A program made the translations under genes and the position numbers. This document shows positions 1 to 14,839 of a stretch of 64,000 nt of DNA, piece by piece; position 1 is the first letter of the stretch; every line of letters starts with the position of its first letter. The notes beneath the pieces were generated by a model that worked only from the letters and a program-made list of their open reading frames with translations, ran no database searches and was not told the DNA's origin. Location: the NCBI GenBank assembly GCA_050613775.1, contig JBODTK010000125.1:62001-126000 (forward strand), given 5' to 3'. This stretch comes from Neocallimastix sp. 'constans'. Its lineage: Eukaryota.

Positions 1-161
1 GGACCGAAGACAATAATGTCATTTTCTGGAAGACCTATTTCACTATCATATTTTTTATATTTAGAATTTGTTTCATCATAAGGTGCAATTGTATAATATT
101 GGTCAGGATTAAGTGGTACTTCATCATAAGAAGGTAATTTAACAACATTTTTTTTAACCAT
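1..161 (-). CDS. 5' part of an unidentified protein-coding gene, running off the window edge
   Basis: ATG at 161 opens MVKKNVVKLPSYDEVPLNPDQYYTIAPYDETNSKYKKYDSEIGLPENDIIVFG..., open to position 1. GC is higher than in the flank. No family recognised. Confidence 0.7.
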   Translation of the reverse strand, partial: MVKKNVVKLPSYDEVPLNPDQYYTIAPYDETNSKYKKYDSEIGLPENDIIVFG

Positions 162-653
162 ATTTTTTTTCTATTATAAATAAATATAAATTATTATATA
201 TATCATTAACTAAATAAGCTGTTTTTATTTCATAGTTTCAATTAATAATATCAAATTTATATTCATATATGTTTTAAAAACAAAACAAAAAAAAAAAAAT
301 AAACAAATTTTTTATCATATATTTTATCTTTTTTAATATATATAAATTAAAATATTACAAATACAAAATAATTTTATAATTATTTATTATAATTAATAAA
401 GTTTTATTAATATTATTTTATTTTATTTTATTTTATTTTTTTTTTTTTTTGGAATTCATATTTTCTTTAATTATTATATTATTAGTTATTTATTTTTGGT
501 TGGATATAAAAAAATTTGTAAAAAATTTTTTTTTCTATTTTCTTTTTTTAGTATTTTTCTATTATAGATATATGAAAGAGTAGTAACTTTTTATAAATTT
601 ACATTTTAGTTTTAATATTTTTTATTATTTTAAATACTTTTTATTTTTATTTC

Positions 654-686
<33 letters not shown>

Positions 687-965
687 TTTTTTTTTTCATT
701 AAATACTTTTTATTTTTTTCATCATCTTTTTTTAATTTTATTTTATTCTATATGCTTTATTATTTTGATTTCAGATTTTTTTTTTAATTGTTATATATTT
801 ATTTATTATTTTTTATTGTTATGTATTTATTATTATTATTTTTTTTTAATTGTTATATATTTATTTATTAATTATTATTATTATTATTATTTTGTTTTGT
901 TTTGTTTTTATTTTTTATTTCTAATTTTTAATTATTAATACTCTTATTATCCATCATAACAACTC

Positions 966-996
<31 letters not shown>

Positions 997-1485
997 TTAT
1001 TAATTATTTAAGAAATAAATAATTAATAAAGTTTTTTTTTTTTTTTTTAATTAAGAAGTATAATATATATAAATATATAAATGAAAATGAAAAATGAAAA
1101 ATGTTTATTAACATATGGGATGCATTTAATCTGTTAATTAATACTTAATAATCTGTTAATAATTACTGAAATGAAAGTTTTATTGATATAGAAGAAAAAA
1201 CTTTTAATTAAATATATATGTATATAAATTTCATTGGGATAATTTCATTTTATTATTATTATTATTATTATTTTTTTTTATTTTTTTTTTTTTTTATTAT
1301 TAAATATATTTTAATACATATATATATTTTTAATTATATTAAATAATAATAATAATAGGTGTTTTTTCAATTATTTTTATTTTACATTCCTTTTTTTTTT
1401 TTTTTTTTAACAAACTATTTATAAAAATATTATTAGTTAAAAATATATTTATTTATTGACTCTAAAAAAGAAGCAAAAAAAAAAA

Positions 1486-1517
<32 letters not shown>

Positions 1518-2020
1518 TTCATTATTATTATTGTACTTGGAATTATCAAAGTATACATTTTAATAATAATAATAATAATAATAATGATAATAATAATGAT
1601 AATAATAATGATAATAATTATATAAATAATAAAAATAAATGAAAATTGTATAAAAATAATATAATAATTTAAAACAAAATAAAATTTATTAGAAATAAAG
1701 TTATAATATAACGAAAGATAACGAAAACTTTAATTAATAAGAGTAGTTATGATATTTCAATAATTTTATAAATAGAAATAAACATTCCTTCTATATTCGT
1801 ATAATTTGATAATAATAATTCAACCTTCTATATTCGTATAATTTGATAATAATAATTCAACAACATAAAAAAAAAAATTATTCATTTATAACACAATAAC
1901 AATAAGCATTTAAAGAAATATAAATCATTTATTTAATTTTATATGTAAAAAGATAAAACATTTTTTATTTTTTTATTTTTTTTATTTATTATTTAAAATA
2001 AAATTATTCAAATTTTTTAT

Positions 2021-2059
<39 letters not shown>

Positions 2060-2181
2060 CTATTATTTTATTCTATTTTTACTTTTCATTTATTTATTTA
2101 TTTATTTTTTTTTATTAATTATGTTTTCTCTTTATAATAAAATATATTTATATAAAAAAATGTGAAATAAATATATTCCAA

Positions 2182-2212
<31 letters not shown>

Positions 2213-2679
2213 TTTATTTTTTTTCTTTGATAAATAAAAAATATTAAAAATTTATAATGAATAAATCTATAATAAATGTAATCTTTACGTATGTGAATGC
2301 TATGCTTTATATTCAAAATTTATAACAAAATTCAATTTTGTCAATACTTTGAATATCTAAATCATTTATAAAAAAAATCTCCTTTTTATTTCAAAAAGAT
2401 TCTTCCAAATTATCTCTCTTCTTTTTTTTTTTATACTATTTCTTTTTTATACTATTTCATTAACGTATACTATTTTTTTTCCTCAATATTAATATATAAT
2501 AAACATACTTTATAAAAAAAATTCTTATTTTAGGATATAACTTTTTATTTAAAGTTTTTGAAAATTAAAAAGGATGATTAATTTATTTACTAAGTTAAAA
2601 ATTTAATTTGATAAAATTTACTATTATATATAAAAAAGTAAAAGAAAAAAAAGGTAAATATACTATGATTCATACTAAA

Positions 2680-3345
2680 TTATAATATATTACAAGAGCA
2701 TGAACTGTTAGTAGCAGCATATGGATTATCACGTTTTTCAATTGGTCCCCAAACAGATGGGACAAGTGGGTCCTTTACACTAACAGTATAGTTTACAAGT
2801 CTATTTTTCAAAGTATTAAAATTTTAATATTCTTTAGTTACTTTTTCTCTTTACTTTTTTATTATTTTCATATTTTCATAATTTAAATTATTATTTTCTA
2901 CTTACGAGCCTGCTGCTTTAGAAACTGGAATAGTTTGTAAACGAAGTTGATCTCTTAAACGATTAGTTAAACGACAAAGCTTTTGATATTTTCTTTCTGC
3001 AGCTTGTTGCATTTTTCTCTGACGGTATGCCATTGCAGCATCTGGATTAACATTATAAAGCATTGTAGCAGATGGATTCATTCCCATACCATTTGAATTT
3101 TGAATTCTGTATTGTTTTTGTTGATATTGAGCAGCTTGTTGCGCTGAATAGTATTGTTGTGCTTGTTGTTGTTGCATAGAAGTTGGACTATATTTATAAT
3201 TGCCAGAACCATAACTATTATTATATGAAGGAGAATAACCATTTGGAGAATAACCATTTGGTGAATAATCATTATATTCATATTGGGAATTTGACATTTG
3301 ATCGTAGGCAGCTTGTCTGCCGCGACTTTGATAATTGTATGACAT
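2680..3345 (-). CDS. Heterotrimeric G-protein gamma subunit (GGL domain, CaaX) with long Q/N/Y/S-rich N-terminal extension; exons 3345-2906, 2800-2680; 186 aa
   Basis: GTAAG donor at 2905 and AAATAG acceptor at 2801 join in frame. The product ends ...RKYQKLCRLTNRLRDQLRLQTIPVSKAAGSLVNYTVSVKDPLVPSVWGPIEKRDNPYAATNSSCSCNIL*. This matches the fungal G-gamma pattern (VS.AA..L..Y....D.LVPSVWG...D.PY) and ends in Cys + CaaX. Confidence 0.92.
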
Positions 3346-6300
3346 CTTTTGAATCTATTAATCTATATTTTAACGTAATTTTTTTTCTATTACTTTTTTA
3401 TATATGGTTTACTTTCACTATATAAATATAAAAGAAAAATTCTTTATTAATATTACACTTATTACTTCTCAAATTATATATTATTATATTATATATACCT
3501 TTTTATGGCGTCTTTTGTTTATTAATGTTTCTTTCTAAAGAAAAACTTCTGCAAATATCTTTTATTTACAATTACTTTTATTACTACTTTATTTTATTTT
3601 ATTTTTAGTTTTTCTTTATTCCAAAATAATTAATATTGACTTTATTTTAAATAATTTAATTTTAAAAATAAAAAAAAAATATTAATTACTTCCTATTATA
3701 ACTTCCTACTTCTTATTGCTAAACTTATAATATTTATTTGAATTTTATTATTTAGCTTAAATTAATATTATTGGCCTTGTATATATACAATAAACCTTCA
3801 CTATTCCTTAATTTTAAAAGTTTAAAAAAAAAAAAAAGATACTAAGAAAAAGAAATCTACTTTGACTATTTCTTTTCCTTTTTAATTACAATATAAGAAA
3901 TTTTTCTTTTTTTTTTTTTTTTTTATTATTATTTATTATTTATATTTTAGAAAAAAAAAATTTAATTTTGAAAAGAAAAATATTTGTTTTTATATTATTT
4001 TTTATTTTTTTATTTATTTATTTTATTTTAATCAATTAATTATTATTTTTTTTATATTGTTTTAAATATTTTATTTAAAACACTATAGTATTATAGTAAT
4101 ATATATATTATATAATAATAATTATATAATAATTAATATATTATAATATATTAATAATTATAAAGTTTTATTAAATTATAAAACTTTAATATAATCTATA
4201 AGAATAAGCTTATATATACATATTACACACAAAAAAAAAAAATTTCATTACACAAAAAAAAAATAAAATATTTTAAATATTACACAAATATAAATAGCTT
4301 AGAAAATAATTGAGTATTTATAATTATTTTTAAATTGATATATTAAAATTTAATATGTTAATTTATTAGGTCAATTTATTTTTATTATAAAAAAATGTAA
4401 TTTGAATATTATTTTATTCACTATTATTAATATAAAAAAAAATAAATAAATATTGTTTTTAATAATTATTGTTTTATTATAATTATAGTAAAAGATAATT
4501 ATAAAATTTTAATGTATTATTAAATCTTTAATATACTATAATGAAGTGTGATTTATATTAATATAGTAATTCTATTCAATTTAATATATTATAATATATT
4601 AATAGATTAAAATAATATAAATGTTTTATAATTTATTATTAATATAGTTATATATTATCTTTCTTTATTTCATATTTTTTTTTCTTATAGAAAATAATTT
4701 TGAAAAAGAATTTATTATTATTATTATTTTTATTTATACTATTTTAATTTCAATTATTCAATATATTATAGATATTACAAGGGTTATTTATATATTATAT
4801 ATAATTGAGTAAAAAATATTTATCTCAAAAAAAAAAAAAAAAATTATTTTTTATTTGTTAATTTAATATTTATATATATTATATAAATTTGATAATTAAA
4901 TGCATTTTCAATTAATAAAAAACAATTTTTTTTATTCAACATAATCAGTATTATAAAATTATATGAAATTATATAATTAAATTGCAATAATATTAATAAC
5001 AATATTACTATTTTTATTAATTATTTTATTTTTATAATTATTATTGTAATTATTTTATTATAATAAAATTCAATGATATTAATAAAAATATTATTTTTTT
5101 ATTTTATTCTATTCTTATAATTGTAATTGCAATACTACTATTATTTATTGTAATAATTATTTTATAATTATGGATATGCTTATTATTGTAATTGTTAGAC
5201 TATGTGAACTAGATGAAATATGAAAAATAGTCTTTAAATGCATTGAAACATATTGTAATATTGATGATATAATATATAAAAATATTTACTTTAGAAGAAT
5301 AATTATATAAATTATCAATTCCTGACTTTTAACTAATAATTATAAATATTATAATTATAAATATTATAATTATTTTTAAAATTCAAAAAAAAAAAAAAAA
5401 TTTAAAAAGGAAATGATTTTTTTCACTTTTTAGATTAGGAATAGGAAAATAAATAATTGATACTTAATATTTGATGTTTAAAGTTTATTTTTCTATATTT
5501 TTTTAATTAGATTTCTACAAAAACTTTTTATTCAATGTTCATTATTAATTTATATTTAACTTTAATTAATAATAAAAACTAAATATGCCTTTAAGAAAAT
5601 AAAAAAATTATATCTTTTAAGATAAAATAAAATAAACCGAAATAAATAGTGAAAGTAGTAGAAAAGAGTCAAGTATTATTAATAATAAAATAATATAATA
5701 TAATATAATAAAATTTATAATTAATTATAAAAAGTATTATTATCAATAATAATAATTGTACTTAATTATTAATATATATTCATATAATATTCTAATTCTA
5801 ATTATTAAATTTTCATATTAATTTTTTTAATATTATTAATGCAAATTTAATATGAAATAAAGTTAAAAAGTACAATAAAACAAAATTTGATTAAAAAAAA
5901 TTTTTTTTTTTTTTAGAAAAAATTGAACAAAAATATATTAAATAGAAAAAACATTAATATTATTTGAAATGTAAAGTTAATTAATAATTTTTATGTATAT
6001 GTATATCTATATTAATAATATAGAAACAATAAAAATAATTATAAATTTGTATAAATATAAATATATAAATGAATAAATATATTTATAAATAATTATAAAT
6101 AAAAAATTAATAATTGAAATAAATATATATATATATATATTTTTTTGATTTATATATCATTATTTTTAAGTGTTAATATTTTATATTTTAATTATTATAA
6201 TCATTAATAGTACTAATTATTATAATAATTAATAATACGATTTATTAATCAAATAATCAAATAATATTAAATATAATTGAAACATATCTTTACTAATTTT

Positions 6301-7278
6301 ATATTTTTTTTTCATTTAATTGAATTTCTGTTTTTGAAGAAAAGTTAAAACTTTAGAAAAAAAAAAGGAATATTTTTATTATTATTTTTATTATTGTATT
6401 TTTTTATCCAAAATCAAAAGCAAATTACAAAAAAAAAAAAACAAAAAACAAAAAACAAAACAAAACAAAAAATAATCAAAGTATATATTAATAATTAATA
6501 ATATTAATTATTTTATTTACTAGATTATTCAAATTAAAATATAAAATATACTATTTATTATATTATTGTTTTATTTATTTATGTAACATATGTAACATTT
6601 AACATTTAATTGCACCAAAAATGCGTTTAAATTTTTAGAAAGTACCGTATTAATTAATAACTTTATTTATAGTAAAACATTTGTACTTTGATTTCTTGTC
6701 ATACATGATTGTAATACATTCATCCATTACACCAAATTATTATTATTATTACAGTTTAAAAAATGGAGATTTTCTGATGTTATTTACCTTTTCTTAAACA
6801 ATAAATAAAAATATCAATGGTAATTTCGATTAAAATATTTAAGTAGAAAAAACTACAATAATTAAAAATATAATCAAATATAGGAATAATCATAAATTAT
6901 AAATTATTTGTAATTTATATTAATATAATATTCAATATGATTTATTTATTATTATTTTTTTAATAATATATATTTTTCTTTGTTAAAACTATTTTATTTT
7001 TGTTATTAACGAAATACCTCAAATTGAAAAATATTTTTATTTTTTTTATTAATATATATATTTTTATTATGTTACATTTTATATATATATATATTTTTTT
7101 TATTTGTTTCATTTTTTATTTTTTTTTTAATTTGTTTTGAAATAATAAAAAGAACGTTTTATTTAAAATTTTACATATTCTTTTACAATAATATTAATAT
7201 TAAACTTTTTTGTGTTTTTTTTTTTTTTATTTTATTTTATTTTTTTTAAAAAAAAAAAAAAAGGAAAAAGTACCCATA

Positions 7279-7321
<43 letters not shown>

Positions 7322-7740
7322 TAGAACCATGTATTATATTTGTTAAAAAAAAATAATGTATAAAATATACACTTGTACTTCATTATTCATTTATTTTCAT
7401 ACACTTATTTTTATTTTTAATGTTCATAAATTACTATTAGTTATAATTTTTTTTTAAATATTAGCATTAATACCCTCGTTAATAGAATATATTGTGACAG
7501 TTTAACTTTAGTATGATAATTGTTCATCGTTCATCATACACTGTAAATATCAAAGTATATAAGAATTATACACAAAAAAGTATCCATTTATAATTATAAT
7601 ACATCTAATTAATTAATTATTTATTAATAAAAAGACTACAATACATATGACAAAGTTTAATTCTTGTCAAAAAAAAAAAAAAAAAAAATGCAAATGATAA
7701 ATATTACGAATGACCAACCTAAATTTTAATTAATTATTTG

Positions 7741-8160
7741 TTTTATATATAATTGTATTAATAATAAATTATACCCAAAAAACAAAAAAAAACAAACAAA
7801 AAAAAAATAAACTAAAATAAAAAAAAAAAATAAAAAATAAACTAAAATAAAAAAAAATATATATATTTTATATATAATTGTATTAATAATAAATTATACC
7901 CAAAAAAAAAAAAAAAAAAAAAAAAAAAACTAAAATAAAAAAAATAAAAAAATAAACTAAAAAAAAATGTAAATATATTATTTATTTTATATATAATTGT
8001 ATTATAATAAATTATACCCAAAAAACAAAAAACAAAAAACAAAAAAATAAACTAAAATAAAAAAAAATATGAATATATTATTTATTTTATATATTATTGT
8101 TTTAATAATAAATTATACCCAAAAAAAAAAAAATTAAACTTAAATAAAAAAAATATAAAT
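7741..8160. repeat. Degenerate ~100-125 bp tandem repeat, about 4 copies
   Basis: Core TATATAATTGTATTAATAATAAATTATACCCAAAAA...AAACTAAAATAAAAAAA recurs near 7745, 7870, 7990 and 8090. Confidence 0.75.
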
Positions 8161-8796
8161 ATATTAAAGTATATATATATATAAATAAATATCTATTTTA
8201 ATTATTATTTTTCATATTAATAATTAATGAATAATTTTTATTATCATTAAAAGCATATTAAAAATAATAGAAATATCAAAATATTCTAGATTATTTCATT
8301 TATTGGTATAAACTCATTGTTTTAAAGTACTTTTTTTTTAATCATTGTTTTAAAATTCTAGATTATTTTTATTTTTATTTTTTTATTTATTTTTTTTTTT
8401 TTAAATTTCCACATCAATATTAAAATTTATTAATTTTATTGGCAAATTTTTAATTAATATCATGTTAAACTTTATTTAAAAGGTTTAATAATTTTCTTAT
8501 ATTCTATATATAAAAATGAATCAAAATTGTATATGAATATATATTAGTTTTTTTTAATTAATATTAGTATTATCATAATATATATTAATATTTTTTAATT
8601 GTTGTTAGTATTATCATTATATATTATTACTTTTTAATTAATATTAGTATTATCATAATATACATTAATATTAATTGTAATTTAATTAATATAAAAAAAA
8701 AAATAAACAATGTAAAAACGAAGCACTTAAATTTTTTAAAAATTATAATTTATAGAAATATAAATCAAATATTTTAATTATTAATTTTAAAATATG

Positions 8797-8955
<159 letters not shown>

Positions 8956-9837
8956 GAGTAGCAAAACTAATAATATACATCATAATTATGTAAAACTTTA
9001 ATAAATAATGAATTTTTTTTTTATATTATGTATATAATACATAATGATAATATAAGTATTTTGAAGTACTTTATTTTCGTACGTATTATAAGCATTAAAC
9101 TTGTTTATGAATTTATAAAAACATAAATTTTAGAAAATTTTAGATTTCAATATATATAATATTTTATTCTTTATATTATTTTAAATAATACGATTTTCAA
9201 AATGACAGAATTACTCATTTAATAATTAGTATTGAACATACCAAAAATATTTAAAAAAAAAAAAAAAAAAAAAAGGAAAATAATATAATAATAAATAATT
9301 AAAAAAATATAAAAAATTAAGTCAAAATTTAAATAAAATAAACCATAAATATAACAAAATTAAAATTAGTAAAATAAAAGTGTTTAGTATTATAGTATAT
9401 GATAATTTTTAATTCTTTTGATTATTATTAATTATTTATTTAATTATCCTTTTGTTTCTTATTAAATGTTTCATAATTTCATGGAAAATATGGAATATGC
9501 ACAAATAGAATTGTATTAGAAAAACAAAATTAATATAAAATAATTAATTTATTAAATATATGTAATTAAGAAATCTAATAATCTACTAATGTACGAAATA
9601 TAAATATAAGCTATATGTGAGACTAATGTAAAAAAAATATATATATTATTGTAGTTAAAAACCAAAAGTATAATAAGAATATTTTTTTATATGTATATTG
9701 TAAAATTATTCCAAAAATTATTATTACACTACATAATATATTATATATATATTCGATAAGAAAATTTTATATGTTATAATAAATAGAAGTAAAAAAGCTA
9801 ATTTGTTCAGAGTTATAAAGCATAAAAAAAAACATAA

Positions 9838-9868
<31 letters not shown>

Positions 9869-10720
9869 AAGATCTTTATAAAACTTCTCTTTAATTGTGT
9901 GATAAATTTTTTTTCAAAACATTAAAATGGAAATTAATAATAAATTGTAGTTAAATAGATATTATTAAATATATTTTATTTTTTATTTAATTAGTAAGTA
10001 AAAATAGGAAAAAATAAAATAAAAATAAAATAAAAAAAATAAAAATAAAAATAAAAATAAAATTTAAATATACCACTAATTTCAATCATTTATGTTGAAG
10101 AAAAATTAATTATTTAGATAATATAGAATAATAAAAGTTTAATTAATTAATATAAAATCAAAAAATTTTTTTTAATTGGTTCTTTTATTTTTAAATAAAT
10201 TTTATTATTAATAAGTCTATATATTTTTAGAAGGTAAATTATATAACAGTATAATTTAATATTTAATATTTAATTTTTAATATTTATAATTAATTTATTT
10301 AATTTATTAATTATTTAATATAAATTATTATTAATCTTTATAATTATTAAATATTTAATTTTATTTATTATTTACAGTATTTAAAGAATTATTGATTATA
10401 TTGTTAATAGCTAATTAATTATAAATTTAAGTAATGAATATTAATTAATATTTTTTATTACCATATTAAATTTTCAATAATTTAAAAATATAGATACAAT
10501 AACTATTTAATAACAATATATCCATTATAATATCTAATAAAAAATATAAAATCTATTTTATACATATAAAAAATATAATAATATATAATTATATATATAT
10601 GAATAAAAAATTGTATTTATCAAATTTCTTAATTTGTTCTTAATGTATATATATTTTACTTTACATTGAAAAGTATATAATTTTATAATCATTTTTCAAT
10701 GTAAAATAAAAAAATTCTAT

Positions 10721-11013
10721 TTTTTAATACACTTTAAAATGTTTTTAATTATAATTTTTCTTAAAAAGAGGAGATATTATTTTAAATATTAAATCCTTTA
10801 CCGAAGCTTTATTATTATTATCATTATTAAATTTATATTTCATATTATATCTTGAAAAATCATAATAAAATAATATAATTTTTTTTTAATACACTTTAGA
10901 ATGTTTTTAATTATAATTTTTCTTAAAAGAGGATATTATTTTAAATATTAAATCCTTTACCTAAGCTTTATTATTATCATTATTATTATTACATTTATAT
11001 TTCATATTATATC
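10721..11013. repeat. ~130 bp direct duplication (about 10721-10850 and 10883-11013)
   Basis: TTTTTAATACACTTTA(A/G)AATG...AAATCCTTTACC(G/T)AAGCTTTATTATTA...TTTCATATTATATC is present twice with few differences. Confidence 0.8.
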
Positions 11014-12065
11014 CTTTCTTTATGTTTTTATTTTATTATTTAATTTAATTTATAATTTTTAAAGATAAAATAATGAATATACTTTTTTTTTTAGTATAAT
11101 TTCTTAATTATTAAAAAACAAAGATATATATATATATTTATATTTGGAATTTACAATAATAAATATTAAAACTTAGTATCTGAGTTTTTCTTTAAACCAA
11201 ACATAAATATAATTATAAAATATCTTTTTAATATTTTTTAAATGTCAATTTAAATAAAGTATTTAGAGATAATATTTGATATCATTTATGAAATATTCTT
11301 TTTGATATTGAATTAACTTCTTTTTAGATAAAATTTAAATTCATAAATTTACTAAAAAAAAAAAAAAAAAAAAGAAAAAAATTTTTTTTTATTGGATAAT
11401 ATTTAAATTCATAAATTTATTATGACATAAAAAAAAAAACTGTATACTTTTGCTTTACTTTATAGAAAATGAAATTATTTAGAAATAATATTATTTAAAA
11501 TTATTAAAATTAATTTTATTTAATGCTTTTTTTTTTGGGTTATAGATAAGCTCAGGAATTTTTTTAAATATCTATTTAAATAAAGTGAATAATTTATTGA
11601 TTTTTTTTAAAAAAAAAATATATGATAAAGTCTAACCTTTAGATAATTGTACATATCTATTTACGTTTAATTTAAAAAATTTATATTAAAATTATTTCAA
11701 ATTTTAAATTATATATTTTTAATTTCAAATTCAAAAAAAAAAAAAAATATATATATATAAAATATATATATATATATAAATTATTTATATATATTTAGTT
11801 TTTTTATAAGGAAGATTTTATTTTTGTTTAATTATCAAAAATTCAAAGAAAATTAAAGGTATTAATTATTTAATTTAAATAATTATAAATAATTAATATA
11901 CAACATAATTGATAAAATTATATTAGATCATTTATTTAGTAAATATAGAAATTGTATTTTCTTTCATTATTTTAAAAAATTTAAATTAAAAAATTTATAG
12001 AAATCTCATATTATTAATCGTTAAACTCTTTTACTTTAAACAATATATAAGTATTATGGAATGAT

Positions 12066-12119
<54 letters not shown>

Positions 12120-12694
12120 AAAAATGATTTCATAATTAATTATATCATGTATTTTTATTCAAATTTATTAAATGAAATTGATATAAAAATTAATCTTTAT
12201 TTTAAAAATGAATGATTTAGCAAATAAATAAACAAATTTTAAAAATTATTAATTTACAGTAAAACAAATAAAAAATAAATAATTAAAAAAATATAAAATA
12301 TATAATATGTAAATAGAAAAAGAAAAAAAAATATTTAAATTTAGATTTAGTTTTAATTTATATTTATGTTTAATAATAACAATAACCAATAATAATAGCA
12401 ATAAAAATAATAATAATTAAATGGATGATTAATTATTTGTATTTATTTTAAATCTAATTTATAAAAATTTTATTATAAGAAAAATATTTAATAAGCAAAT
12501 ATTAACATTAACTTTTTTATTATATATATATATTATTTTTTTTAAATGCTATTTGTTTTTAAATGATTATTATATATATAATTATAATACAAGATTATCA
12601 AATATTTTCAAAAGTATACCATAAATTAAATAAATAAATAAATAAATAAATATTCATTTATTATTTTTTCTTTTTTTAAAAAAAAATAGAAAAA

Positions 12695-14176
12695 ATGGAA
12701 GGAATATTGATAGGGGAAGAACAAATAAAGGATACATTTATATGTACCTTAATAAAACTTTTTGGTATAGAAAAATATGATGTCATGGAAAAGTTTTGTG
12801 AAGAAATTGAAATGGCATTTAGCATTTTAAATAATAGAAATGTTAAATCAGATGAATATTTTGAGTATTTAAATAGTATAAAATTTGATTTAATGGAAGA
12901 TTATCGAAATTCCTTGGAAAATATAAATAATGAAAAATTAAATTCAAATTCAAAAATCGATGCTATGGATATGGATGATAATCAAAAAGGAAATATTTCT
13001 AAATTATTGGAAGAAATTAATGTTATTGAACCAAACAATTTAAAAGTGTTTAGTAATCCTGTATATAATACAAATTTCTATATTATATTTATTTTAGTTT
13101 TAATGATTAATAATCAAATGGATTCAGCACGCTATCTCTATAGACGTTTACCTTCAGCAATATTAAATAATCGTACTCTTGTTTTTAGTAGGGTTTTCCT
13201 TTCTTATATGTTAAAGAAGAATGTTGGTAGTGCTATTTCAGTTTTAAATAAAGAAATTGAGAATGAAATAAAGAAGGAATGTGAAAGTACAGAAAAAGAA
13301 GAAGAGCTTATTGATGAAGATATAATGGATAATGTACCTAAAGCTAGTAAAAAGATAATTCATAAAAGCAAAAAAAGTGAAAAAATGGATATCAATACTT
13401 TAGAAAAGTCATTTGAAATTGGTGGACCAAGTAAAGGAAAAATGATAGAGAGTAATACACCAGAACAAAGTTCAGATAATATTATTGAAATTCCTCAAAA
13501 ACAAGTAGATACTCCTGAAGAACAAATGAGAGATGTTGAATATAATGATGATGATGATGATGATAATGATAGTGATGATATTGATGACGATAGTGGTGAT
13601 GATGATGATGATGATGATGATAGTGACAAAAATAATGATATTGATAAAGATGTATCTAAAAGTAATGAAATTAATTTAAAGAATCAATCATTAAAACAAA
13701 TTATAAATGATACGATGACTCCAATAGATACTGAAACGCCACAATCTTATGATGCATCTATTGGAAATGATGTTTCCACTAGTTCTGTAACAAATAGTAC
13801 CACTTTAGATACCAAAAAATCATATTATAAAATAAAAAGATGTTCTTTATTTATTAAAGAATTATTAATATGTTTATTGGATAAAACTCGTAAGAGACAA
13901 ATTAATTTAATAGCTAAGGCTTATGATCATATTCTTGTGAAAGAAGTTTCTAAAAGTCTTGATTATTCAGTAGAAAAGGTAATAAAGTATCTTACTGAAA
14001 ATTATGGATGGCAACTTGAACCAGCACAAGATATACCAGGTGAAATGATGTTCTTACCTAAACATGAAGTTAAAGAGAAAAAACAAGAAATGTCAATTAA
14101 TCATATCGACACTTTAATTAATCATCTTATTTTCCTTGAAGAGTCTGATAAAATTCAAAAAGTTGATCGTTTTTAA
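12695..14176 (+). CDS. CSN8: COP9 signalosome subunit 8 (CSN8/PSMD8/eIF3k family) with large acidic insertion; single exon, 493 aa
   Basis: NQMDSARYLYRRLPSAI resembles the CSN8 ND.NNARYLWKRIP motif. TRKRQINLIAKAYDHI...GWQ...MFLP...IDTLINHLIFLEE resembles the CSN8 C-terminal winged helix and terminal helix (L..YVAFLE). Confidence 0.85.
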   Translation: MEGILIGEEQIKDTFICTLIKLFGIEKYDVMEKFCEEIEMAFSILNNRNVKSDEYFEYLNSIKFDLMEDYRNSLENINNEKLNSNSKIDAMDMDDNQKGNISKLLEEINVIEPNNLKVFSNPVYNTNFYIIFILVLMINNQMDSARYLYRRLPSAILNNRTLVFSRVFLSYMLKKNVGSAISVLNKEIENEIKKECESTEKEEELIDEDIMDNVPKASKKIIHKSKKSEKMDINTLEKSFEIGGPSKGKMIESNTPEQSSDNIIEIPQKQVDTPEEQMRDVEYNDDDDDDNDSDDIDDDSGDDDDDDDDSDKNNDIDKDVSKSNEINLKNQSLKQIINDTMTPIDTETPQSYDASIGNDVSTSSVTNSTTLDTKKSYYKIKRCSLFIKELLICLLDKTRKRQINLIAKAYDHILVKEVSKSLDYSVEKVIKYLTENYGWQLEPAQDIPGEMMFLPKHEVKEKKQEMSINHIDTLINHLIFLEESDKIQKVDRF

Positions 14177-14536
14177 ATAATATTTTATTTTATTTTTTTT
14201 TTTTTTTTGAATTTTTATTTCAATTATATTTTTATATTACCATTAATTCATTTTTTTTTTAATTTTTTTTTATTTAAATAAAAATTATAAATAATTATTT
14301 AATAATACTAATAGGAATAACTATTATAATTTACTCTTGGATGGAAAAAAAGAAAAGTAATTTTTTTTCATTTTATTAAAAGTTTTATATAAAATTATAT
14401 ATATAGTCAATTTTTATATAATATCATATACAAACTTTATATATATATATATATAATGCAAATAAAATTTTACTAAAAAAAAAAAAATATAACAGAAATA
14501 ATAATAATATTAATAAAATGAATATATTTATAGTTA

Positions 14537-14615
<79 letters not shown>

Positions 14616-14680
14616 CTAACTTAATTAACTAACTAACTAACTAACTAAATAAATAAACAAACAAACAAATAAATAAATAA
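14537..14680. repeat. Compound (TAAA)n/(TAAC)n/(CAAA)n microsatellite
   Basis: Visible directly in the sequence. Confidence 0.9.
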
Positions 14681-14794
14681 TATATATATAAAAAAAAATA
14701 TAATTTAAAAATATATATATATAAGATGGAATCTATAAAATATATAATAATAAATTTTTAATTAATATTATATTTTTAATTCTATTAATTAAAG

Positions 14795-14839
<45 letters not shown>

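Noticed and set aside
7497..7545. Nested inverted repeat ACAGT...GTATGAT/ATCATAC...ACTGT
   Set aside because: Short stems in AT-rich DNA with no other support for an RNA gene.
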